DNA of 63,158 nucleotides, filler included, from Bdellovibrionota bacterium (GTDB lineage Bacteria; Bdellovibrionota; Bdellovibrionia; Bdellovibrionales; JAEYZS01), in the NCBI GenBank assembly GCA_963169515.1. It is 6 parts of 6 records of this genome, joined end to end, with 100 filler letters (N's around TTAATTAATTAA, not from the genome) between each part and the next. Parts side by side here need not be neighbours in the genome. Positions count along the whole stretch, not along the records: positions 1 to 17,911 come from CAUJEF010000097.1; 5 more parts are not named here. One strand, written 5' to 3'. The notes below the pieces were generated by a model. The model was not told where the DNA came from. It made no database searches and was given only the letters and a program-made list of their open reading frames with translations. Below are positions 1 through 7,825 of the stretch, piece after piece. Position 1 is the first letter of the stretch, and each line of letters begins with the position of its first letter. Position numbers and translations under genes: made by a program.

Positions 1-141
1 GGAAGAAGCATTACAATCATGTCAGACCGCACAGCTCATTGAATTATAAACCACCAGCACCATTAACTTTTACATCAGGGAAAATACATGTTGCTTGATG
101 AAAAGACTAATTGTACTGGTACAAACCGTGGGGGCAGGTCA
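1..141 (+). mobile_element. Right end of an IS3-family (IS407-group-like) insertion sequence: transposase C-terminus and terminal inverted repeat
   Basis: Frame from nt 3 reads KKHYNHVRPHSSLNYKPPAP...* (stop 96-98), the typical IS3 OrfB tail YNxxRPHSSLxYxPP. The element ends ...GTGGGGGCAGGTCA at 141 (reverse complement TGACCTGCCCCCAC, an IS407-group-like terminus). Confidence 0.85.
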
Positions 142-377
142 ATTATTTCATGATTTTTTTCCTCGTTAATGCCTTCAAGAAGCTTCTTGTGTAAGCCTTC
201 ATCTTCAAACGAGCACCTATAAGCCGCTTTTGCCAAGACACGTGTCGCATGCCGTACGTAGAAAAATGTTTGTGCTAACCATTCTGCATAGGTCCATTTA
301 TCCTCCCATGGCAATGCAACAAAACACGTTTCCATTTTTTTTATAGATTGTCTGGATAGTTTTTCAATTGGCGTCAT
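142..377 (-). pseudogene. Heme-oxygenase-like (iron-containing redox enzyme) gene, 5' part, interrupted by the IS
   Basis: Helical protein with LAQTFFYVRHATRVL and EEKNHE; after ...HEII the frame runs straight into the IS terminal repeat (DLPPRF...). Confidence 0.65.
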
Positions 378-393
378 ATATTGCCCCCCCCTG

Positions 394-1062
394 TTATGAA
401 GCTTTCTTAAATATTTCTTTGATAGACATTGATTGCCCTAAACAACTGTTCCAGAGATCGCCCAACAGCGTCGTAAGCTCTGGAATCGCGTTGGGTTTAA
501 TCGTTGGGTGATAAAACCCGACGAGATCATTTCTTTCATTATTGAACTCTACATTTTTGCACAGCGGTGTCGCCCCCCATTTGTAGCAAAGATCATTCAC
601 GCCCTTGCTGTTGCGAAGGCTCCCTGTCATTACATCAAAATCACTCCACATAAAGCGACGGATTAACATTCCCATTAGCAAATCTTTAACAGAAACTCCT
701 GCATACCCTTTCCGAAAATCCTCCATCACAGTAAAAAAACTGCAAACCAATACTTTTGGACCTTCTGAGATTAAGCCTTTAATTGCAATTTCTGGCCATG
801 GACCAAAATAAGAGTCTTGGAATTCAAATTTACTGTTAAAATCAGCGTAACGGAAAAATACAGTCGCTGCACATTTGCCCCCATGAAGAAGTACCAAAAC
901 CTCATCTTGCCGAGTAAATTGATCTGAGTAGAATCCCTTGTCTTTATCAATCAAATTGTAGATTGGCGCCCAACATTCATACCAGCTTGCGTACGCGTGA
1001 TTATAAATTTCTTTTTCAGATGAATTTGAAAACTGTTTTTTAAGCAGCCAGGCTTCCCACAT
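394..1062 (-). CDS. Hypothetical protein, possible GNAT/acyl-transfer-like fold
   Basis: 222-aa ORF with AGGAGG SD; FTVMEDFRKG and RNSKGVNDLCYKWGA segments resemble GNAT motifs A and B. Confidence 0.55.
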   Translation of the reverse strand: MWEAWLLKKQFSNSSEKEIYNHAYASWYECWAPIYNLIDKDKGFYSDQFTRQDEVLVLLHGGKCAATVFFRYADFNSKFEFQDSYFGPWPEIAIKGLISEGPKVLVCSFFTVMEDFRKGYAGVSVKDLLMGMLIRRFMWSDFDVMTGSLRNSKGVNDLCYKWGATPLCKNVEFNNERNDLVGFYHPTIKPNAIPELTTLLGDLWNSCLGQSMSIKEIFKKAS

Positions 1063-1084
1063 TTTTATCCTCCTTGATAAAAAC

Positions 1085-1111
1085 CTATCGGGTGTAAATA
1101 TATTTACTTTA
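1085..1111 (-). promoter_or_regulatory. Sigma28 (FliA)-like promoter
   Basis: Minus strand TAAA-N15-CCCGATAG, 22 nt upstream of the ATG at 1062. Confidence 0.55.
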
Positions 1112-1205
1112 GATATAAAATTTGTTTACATTACGTTAAGGTCGAATCGAAGAAACTTGTCCAAGCTTCTTTGAATGACAATCGGTGTTATGTGTGGTTC
1201 CAATA

Positions 1206-1802
1206 TCAAGGACTTAACCGACTAACGACCCAATCACTATAGCGCTTGGTAAAAAGGTAGCGGTCGTGAAGTCGATCTTCACGACCAATCCAAAATTCAA
1301 ACCTGGTCGGCAATACACGATACCCACCCCAGAACGGGGGGCATGGGATATTCTGATCATCAAACTTCTTTTCAATTTCTTCCCAGCGATCGACCAGCGC
1401 TTGTCTGTTTTCAACCATATGGCTTTGCTGCGACGCCCATGCGCTGATTTGGCTGCCACGCATCCGCGACGAAAAATACTCTTCAGACTCTTGGCGCGTA
1501 AGCTTTTCTATGCGTCCCTCAATACGAACCTGCAAAATTGCTTTTTTCCAATAAAACATAAGACTGACGTTTTCATTGGAATCCATTTCTTTGGCTTTAT
1601 CGCTCTCGTAGTTTGTAAAAAAACGAAAGCCTTGCTGAGATATGCCTTTAAACAAAACCGTTCTGGAGTGTGGAACATTATTTGAAACTGTCGACAAGGT
1701 CATAGCAGTCGGCTCGATTTCACCGGTCTCAGTCACATAGGAAAGCCACTTCTCAAATTCTTGAAAAGGATCTTTCCCAACTGTGTGATTCTTAAAATCC
1801 AC
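1206..1802 (-). CDS. pdxH: Pyridoxamine 5'-phosphate oxidase
   Basis: PTAMTLST, RTVLFKG, FFTNYES, PPFWGGYRVLP, EFWIGREDRLHDR motifs. Confidence 0.95.
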   Translation of the reverse strand: MDFKNHTVGKDPFQEFEKWLSYVTETGEIEPTAMTLSTVSNNVPHSRTVLFKGISQQGFRFFTNYESDKAKEMDSNENVSLMFYWKKAILQVRIEGRIEKLTRQESEEYFSSRMRGSQISAWASQQSHMVENRQALVDRWEEIEKKFDDQNIPCPPFWGGYRVLPTRFEFWIGREDRLHDRYLFTKRYSDWVVSRLSP

Positions 1803-1805
1803 TTT

Positions 1806-2435
1806 TTATTGAACGTTTTTGGCTGCGTAGTACTCTGTGAATAAGCCGGCGTCGAATGGGAACGGAACGTGTTCAATATGCGGAACCGCTAGTACCGTAC
1901 CAACTGGCTTGCCACCATCTTCTTCTTTACGAAGGTAGTCAGGGAGCTCCAAGCGTGGCGCATCTTTAACACGAAGATAGTTTTGGTTATTTACACCCTT
2001 GTCTGAAAGAGTCACTTTATCATTTTGTTTCAAAACTGCCGAGCCAACAGTCACTTTTTTGCCGTTAACAAGTATATGACCGTGAGAAATCATCTGACGA
2101 GCAGATTGAATACTTGGACAAAGCCCAAGACGAAAAGAAATATTGTCCAGGCGACGCTCTAATAACCCAACCAGTTTATCTGTCCAGTTAGTTCCCAATC
2201 CACGTTTTGCCCGGCGAATGAAATGTTGCAATTGTTTTTCAGTTAATAAGTAATGAAAACGAAGTTTTTGTTTTTCTTCTAGTCGAAGAGCGAAGTCAGA
2301 ATATTTTTTCCGTTTATTGCCATGTTGTCCTGGTGGGTACGGCTTACGAGTTAGCGCTCCCGGTTTTCCAAGACCTGGTAACTCTAACCCCAATTTACGT
2401 TGAATTTTAAAGCGCGAATTTAAACGAACACCCAT
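1806..2435 (-). CDS. rpsD: 30S ribosomal protein S4 (stand-alone copy)
   Basis: YPPGQHG, LEEKQKLR, LERRLDN, ARQMISHGHILVNG. Confidence 0.93.
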   Translation of the reverse strand: MGVRLNSRFKIQRKLGLELPGLGKPGALTRKPYPPGQHGNKRKKYSDFALRLEEKQKLRFHYLLTEKQLQHFIRRAKRGLGTNWTDKLVGLLERRLDNISFRLGLCPSIQSARQMISHGHILVNGKKVTVGSAVLKQNDKVTLSDKGVNNQNYLRVKDAPRLELPDYLRKEEDGGKPVGTVLAVPHIEHVPFPFDAGLFTEYYAAKNVQ

Positions 2436-2503
2436 TAAATAATCTCCATTTTGTTAAACCATAGATTTTTAAGTGCATTTGAACCCAAAGTACAGTTATG
2501 CTG

Positions 2504-2848
2504 CTATGCAGAAGATTCATCGTCCGCTCGATGGCTCAGGTACCTATACACCAATGCAATCACACCCATATCATCCAAAAAGCCAATAAATAAAGTCGGG
2601 TCAGGAATAAGATCCAAAGGATTAATGAAGTAAATCAAAGCTCCTATTACAATAGCCTTATCCCGTCGAGAAAGCTTACCCGACACCAAAAGATCGTATA
2701 TCTTCTCTATTTGCCGACCAAAAGAAAGTTTCTTTTCTACTTTTTTAAAATAGGAAAAAAAGTCTCGACGAACCCGGTCTTCCGCGCCCTCGCGCGCACC
2801 CTCTTTTTCAAGCTTATCAAGAGTCGGTTTTTCATCCTGTTTTTTCAT
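2504..2848 (-). CDS. YkvA/DUF1232 family membrane protein
   Basis: ALIYFINPLDLIPD...GFLDD signature. Confidence 0.85.
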   Translation of the reverse strand: MKKQDEKPTLDKLEKEGAREGAEDRVRRDFFSYFKKVEKKLSFGRQIEKIYDLLVSGKLSRRDKAIVIGALIYFINPLDLIPDPTLFIGFLDDMGVIALVYRYLSHRADDESSA

Positions 2849-2856
2849 CAGAGCGC

Positions 2857-3333
2857 CTATTGAAAATAGATTTTTAAAATCTCATACTCTTTCACAGAGT
2901 TTGGAGCTTTCACCTCTGCAATTTCGCCCTTTTTCTTTCCTACTAATGCTTTCGCCAAAGGAGACAAAATAGAAATTCGTCCCGCCTTGATGTCTGCCTC
3001 TTCCGGCCCAACGATCTGATAAGCTACCTTTTTTTCTTCTTCAACGTCATTGAGCTCAACACTTGCTCCAAAAATGACCTTGTCCGACCTTAGTTCAGCT
3101 GGGTTTATAATCTCCGCGCCCGCCAAGCGGCTTTGAATCTCTGTAATGCGAGCCTCTACCCAACCTTGGCGTTCTTTCGCGGCATCATAGTCTGCGTTTT
3201 CGCTAATGTCCCCTAGCGCCCGAGCCTCTTCAATTGCGCGAACCGCAGACGGGCGCTCTTCACGAATAAGTCGTTTAAGCTCTTCCTCAAGGGCCTGCTT
3301 GCCACGCAAAGTTATAGGCAGATTATCCTTCAT
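2857..3333 (-). CDS. greA: Transcription elongation factor GreA
   Basis: ARALGDISENADYDAAKE, ISILSPLAKALVGK; start taken at MKDNLPIT. Confidence 0.95.
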   Translation of the reverse strand: MKDNLPITLRGKQALEEELKRLIREERPSAVRAIEEARALGDISENADYDAAKERQGWVEARITEIQSRLAGAEIINPAELRSDKVIFGASVELNDVEEEKKVAYQIVGPEEADIKAGRISILSPLAKALVGKKKGEIAEVKAPNSVKEYEILKIYFQ

Positions 3334-3471
3334 AATTAATACCTGCTTTTGTAAAAACACCTTTTATAATCAATAATTTACTGCGGATCAACTAAAACTT
3401 TAGGCCAGGTCGACTAGACTGTTTAATGTCGTTAAAATGCCGATAAGTGAGTGATATAAAAGGGAATTCAA

Positions 3472-4467
3472 TTGTCGCAATCTATTGCTAAAAAAATACT
3501 TAAAGCGCGCAATATTCTTCTGACCACTCACCGCGAGCCAGACGGTGATGGAATTGGAGCAGAATTTGCTCTTTATCAAGGTCTAAAAAAAATCGGAAAA
3601 GACGTTCGAATTCTGAATCCAGACAAACCCGCCCCCAAATATAATTTTTTAACAAAGCTCTGCCCGAATCAGTGCTTCAATGGACCCCACGATGAAATCA
3701 AGCCGACCGATATAGCCATTGTTTTAGATACAAACGATAGCCGCTTGCTTGAGCCTCTCTATGCCGAACTTGAGAAAAAATGTGCTGAAATAATTTTTAT
3801 CGATCACCATCCCGTCTTAGAAAGTGGCCCTCAACCAAGTTCTGGCTCGCTCGTGGATATCAAAGCCGCAAGTACTGGGGAAGTTGTATATTACATTTTG
3901 AACGAATTAAATATTCCCCTGGACCAAATTATTGCAAAAGCCATTTATACAAGTATTGTTTTTGATACCCAAATCTTTCGATACATTCGTAATTCTCCAA
4001 CGTCACACCAAATCGCCTCAGAACTTGTAAAATTTGAAATTGAACCAGGTCAAATTCACAGAACCATCTTCGGCGATTTTACGAAAGAGAAATTAGTTTT
4101 CGTTGCACGAGCATTGAATGACATTGAGTTCTTTGACCAAGATAAAATTGCATTTTTACGTGTGCGAAATTCCGACTTGAAAGAATTAGGACTTGAGGCA
4201 GAAAACATTCGAGATCTGATCGATATGGTGATGAATATCGAAACCTTAGAAGCCGCAATTCTAGTGCGCCAAGACGGCGAAAAACAATTCAAGCTCAGTC
4301 TGCGCAGCAAGGGGCGCGTCGAAGTCCTTGGCATTGCCGAAAAGCTTGGCGGTGGCGGTCATGTTTTTGCCGCAGGGGCTTTCGTAAAAGATTCATTAGA
4401 AAGCATTCGGGACGTCACAGTCAATTGGATCCGTGACCAGCTTAAAGGTCGCAAAAGTGGGACATAA
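3472..4467 (+). CDS. nrnA: DHH/DHHA1 oligoribonuclease / pAp phosphatase (NrnA-like)
   Basis: HREPDGDG, IDHH, SLRS, GGGGHVFAAG motifs. Confidence 0.85.
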   Translation: MSQSIAKKILKARNILLTTHREPDGDGIGAEFALYQGLKKIGKDVRILNPDKPAPKYNFLTKLCPNQCFNGPHDEIKPTDIAIVLDTNDSRLLEPLYAELEKKCAEIIFIDHHPVLESGPQPSSGSLVDIKAASTGEVVYYILNELNIPLDQIIAKAIYTSIVFDTQIFRYIRNSPTSHQIASELVKFEIEPGQIHRTIFGDFTKEKLVFVARALNDIEFFDQDKIAFLRVRNSDLKELGLEAENIRDLIDMVMNIETLEAAILVRQDGEKQFKLSLRSKGRVEVLGIAEKLGGGGHVFAAGAFVKDSLESIRDVTVNWIRDQLKGRKSGT

Positions 4468-4708
4468 ACAGAAAAAAGAATTGGTTTGTCTTTGCAATCA
4501 AGTTCCTCGTGAAGCCATCGAAAGGGCAATAATAAATGGCGCGGACACGCCAATTAAAATTTTTGATGCAACGATGGCTGGGGTTGGTGCTTGCGGTGGC
4601 TCTTGTCGTGTAAAGCTTTACCAGCTACTAGATAGTTATCTTGAATCTAAAAAATTTCCAGACAGGCTAACGATGAATTACAAGCCAAAATCCAAGCCCA
4701 AAAAGTAA
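4457..4708 (+). CDS. BFD-like [2Fe-2S] protein
   Basis: VCLCNQV...GACGGSC cysteine pattern. Confidence 0.75.
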   Translation: MGHKQKKELVCLCNQVPREAIERAIINGADTPIKIFDATMAGVGACGGSCRVKLYQLLDSYLESKKFPDRLTMNYKPKSKPKK

Positions 4709-4713
4709 TTTGC

Positions 4714-5190
4714 TCATTTAATTTTTTTGCTGAAATAAGAAAATAACCCGTGACCGGCCTCTTCACACATACGTAAAACCTTTTCGAAGCCGTCCCCGCC
4801 GCCATAGTAAGGATCAGGAACGGGTTGTCCCCTATATTGCTCCGAGAAATTTAAGAAAAGTTGCATTTTATTGCCGTCAACATCGTCAGGGCATAGCTCT
4901 TTCAAGTGCTTCATATTCGAGTGATCCATGGCGAGAATATAATCGAACCTTTTAAAATCATCTCGTTCGATCGGACGCGATCGAATATAGGATATATCAT
5001 ACCCCATTTTTAAGGCTGTTGTAGTAGATCGATGATCCGGAGGCTCACCTTCGTGATATCCGATGATACCGGCAGAATCGATATGAAAATGATTTTCACA
5101 ATTATTATCCTGAATAATTTTTCGAAAAACACCTTCTGCTGTTGGCGAACGACAAATATTCCCGTGGCAAACGAATAAAACTTTGATCAA
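4714..5190 (-). CDS. Low-molecular-weight protein-tyrosine phosphatase
   Basis: VCHGNICRSP P-loop and DPYY. Confidence 0.93.
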   Translation of the reverse strand: MIKVLFVCHGNICRSPTAEGVFRKIIQDNNCENHFHIDSAGIIGYHEGEPPDHRSTTTALKMGYDISYIRSRPIERDDFKRFDYILAMDHSNMKHLKELCPDDVDGNKMQLFLNFSEQYRGQPVPDPYYGGGDGFEKVLRMCEEAGHGLFSYFSKKIK

Positions 5191-5231
5191 ACGGTCTCCG
5201 ACAATTGAAAATAGGCAAGTAAGTGTTTAAA

Positions 5232-6137
5232 TCAGAAGCCTAAATAAGGCAATACTCGATCTACTCGGGTAACATCTTCACCGCGACACCCAGCGTTCGG
5301 ACATACGTTCGATTGGCGACACCCATTTTTGAAAACAAAGTCTGTTTCCCCGCGAACAAGAATTCCTTCAACTAGGCCTGTCGTTTCATTGAAAACTGCA
5401 GACCCTGAGTTTCCCCCGTAAGTATCAAGATTTGCCACAACGTATGTGTCCTTTACTGTGCGAATACTTGCGCCGCCAGAAACCTTAGTGGGAATTCCCG
5501 CCGGATGACCAATCACAACAAGCGCGTCGCCCACTGCTGGGTGGCCTTCTCTCCTAAGAGAAAGAGGCTCGTGGCCAGACACTTGGCGGTTAAGCCGAAT
5601 TAGCGAAAAGTCCGATCCGTTCGAACCTTCCTCTGTTTTAATAACTTCGACACATTCATAGATTTCAGAGGTTGGAACTACATCCGGCTGAACGTCTTTA
5701 TTTTTTAAATTGAAACCAAATACCAAACGCACATTTTTGCAATCTGTCGCAGAACGTATACAATGCCCCGCTGACATGACGACATTGGGTGCAACAAGCG
5801 ACCCTGAACAGAATGCAGCCGAACGTTGTTTCCGAAAAGGTTCGTTGGGGCACAGACCATACGAATCACCAAATATAGAGCCGCCGATCTTTGTTGTCCC
5901 ATCAGACTGTGCTGTTAGTGTTGTCGCTTTCATTAAAGCTACCGTAGAATCGGCTTTTGTTTTCCAATAATCGGCGGCCTCATAGACATCGAGCCTGTCA
6001 TCATCGCCATAAATCACGCGATCATTTGCATTTTCTAGACTGTCGGCAGAAAAATGTTTGAGACTTTTCGAGTCCTGACACGATATAAACAAAAGTGTAA
6101 ATAAGGCTAAGATGAAGATATTTGTGATGGTTTTCAA
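5232..6137 (-). CDS. Secreted trypsin-like (S1) serine protease, probable lipoprotein
   Basis: CSGSLV..SAGHC, DFSLIRL, GGNSGS triad motifs; TTG start at 6137 after GGAGG, lipobox-like FISC. Confidence 0.85.
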   Translation of the reverse strand: MKTITNIFILALFTLLFISCQDSKSLKHFSADSLENANDRVIYGDDDRLDVYEAADYWKTKADSTVALMKATTLTAQSDGTTKIGGSIFGDSYGLCPNEPFRKQRSAAFCSGSLVAPNVVMSAGHCIRSATDCKNVRLVFGFNLKNKDVQPDVVPTSEIYECVEVIKTEEGSNGSDFSLIRLNRQVSGHEPLSLRREGHPAVGDALVVIGHPAGIPTKVSGGASIRTVKDTYVVANLDTYGGNSGSAVFNETTGLVEGILVRGETDFVFKNGCRQSNVCPNAGCRGEDVTRVDRVLPYLGF

Positions 6138-6262
6138 AAGTCCTCCGCGGGAAAAGCAAGCTACCCCACTAAATACACGGCAAAATTGGGCCGTAGTTAA
6201 AGACTTGGAAGGTTTTTTTTCGACCTTGTGTGTGGTAGATTCATGCATAAGTCGAGGTCAAC

Positions 6263-6973
6263 ATGGAAATACATACTATTCCGTGCTTAAAAGATAACTA
6301 CGTCTATGCCCTTAGGGCTGGCGACAAAGCGGTTCTGGTGGACGCATCAGAAAGCGCGCCCGTTTTGAAATTTCTGAGCTCCATGAAGTGGCAACTTGAT
6401 ACAATTCTTCTTACACATCATCATTGGGATCATGTCCAAGGCAACAGTGAGCTTAAGGATCACTATGGCTGTAAAACCATAAGCTCAGAATACGATCGTT
6501 CGCGCATCGCAAATGTCGACCTTGGAACAAAAGACTCAGAAAAAATTATTTTCGATGAAATCGAAATAGAAACCATCACAATTCCTGGCCACACCTTAGG
6601 CCATATTGCGTACCACATCCCAAGTGAACGGATTCTTTTCACAGGGGACACCCTGTTTTCGGCCGGATGCGGGCGCTTGTTCGAAGGGACACCCGAGCAA
6701 ATGTACCGAAGTTTGAATAAACTGAAAAAACTCGATCCAGAAACACGCATATTCTGTGGCCACGAATATACTCTAAGAAACTTAGAATTCGTTCGCGCTC
6801 ATGCGCCAAATAACGATGTCGAAAATTATTACAGACACATGTTGGATGTCAGAGCACAAAATAGACCCACGTTACCGACAACTCTAGGCACCGAGCTTAA
6901 AATAAATCCATTCTTAAGGGCTGAGTCGTTGGATGAATTTATTCGCTTGAGAAAATTAAGGGACCAGTGGTAG
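6263..6973 (+). CDS. gloB: Hydroxyacylglutathione hydrolase (glyoxalase II)
   Basis: THHHWDH, PGHTLGH, GDTLFSAGCGR, CGHEYT, NPFLR. Confidence 0.92.
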   Translation: MEIHTIPCLKDNYVYALRAGDKAVLVDASESAPVLKFLSSMKWQLDTILLTHHHWDHVQGNSELKDHYGCKTISSEYDRSRIANVDLGTKDSEKIIFDEIEIETITIPGHTLGHIAYHIPSERILFTGDTLFSAGCGRLFEGTPEQMYRSLNKLKKLDPETRIFCGHEYTLRNLEFVRAHAPNNDVENYYRHMLDVRAQNRPTLPTTLGTELKINPFLRAESLDEFIRLRKLRDQW

Positions 6974-6982
6974 GGTCGCGTT

Positions 6983-7759
6983 ATGGATTATTCTAAGTAT
7001 CTAAAAGTTGACGAATTGTTACAGCTACAAAAGCCTTTGTCCGATGGGCCAGAACATGATGAAATGCTTTTTATAACAATTCATCAAGTATATGAGCTAT
7101 GGTTTAAACAGTTATTGCATGAGCTTGATTACCTACACGCACTATTAGAAAAAAATGATTCCTTCCAGGCTCACGCCTCGTTCAAGCGAATTCTAACAAT
7201 TCTAAAAATTATGGTCGCACAGGTTGATATTTTAGAAACAATGACTCCCCTATCCTTTGCTTCGTTCAGGTCTAGGCTTGAATCCTCAAGCGGATTTCAA
7301 TCCCTGCAGTTCAGAAAACTTGAATTTATGCTGGGACATAAAAGAAAGTCTGCTTTCCAAGCTTATGAAAACAACCCAAGGGCGACTTCTGAATTACGAA
7401 AATACAGCCAACGCTCTACGCTTTATGATGCGTTCTTAAAATATTTGAAGCTTAATAACTATGATATCCCGCCGGAGCTTCTAAACCGTGACGTTACTCA
7501 ACCACTATCGCCAAACCTTGCCCTACAAGGGCTGTTAATTGATATTTATAAAAAAGATCGCAATATTGCGAACATGTGCGAACGCTTGGTTGATCTGGAC
7601 GAGGGTCTTCAAGAATGGCGTTATCGTCATGTAAAAATGGTTGAACGTACAATAGGAACAAAAATGGGCACGGGTGGATCCTCTGGCGCGGAGTATCTAG
7701 TAAAAACTTTATTCAAACCGCTCTTTGAAGATCTTTGGATTATTCGCAGCTCATTCTAA
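6983..7759 (+). CDS. kynA: Tryptophan 2,3-dioxygenase
   Basis: HDEMLFITIHQVYELWFK, SGFQSLQFR, WRYRHVKMVERTIG..GTGGS. Confidence 0.93.
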   Translation: MDYSKYLKVDELLQLQKPLSDGPEHDEMLFITIHQVYELWFKQLLHELDYLHALLEKNDSFQAHASFKRILTILKIMVAQVDILETMTPLSFASFRSRLESSSGFQSLQFRKLEFMLGHKRKSAFQAYENNPRATSELRKYSQRSTLYDAFLKYLKLNNYDIPPELLNRDVTQPLSPNLALQGLLIDIYKKDRNIANMCERLVDLDEGLQEWRYRHVKMVERTIGTKMGTGGSSGAEYLVKTLFKPLFEDLWIIRSSF

Positions 7760-7825
7760 CAATACTTGAGGCTTTTTGCTTCTGCTGCTAATATCGAAGA
7801 CCTAACACTACAGCAGGAGCAGTCT

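Noticed and set aside
75..377. 100-aa ORF as an intact gene
   Set aside because: Its last ~21 codons come from the IS end.
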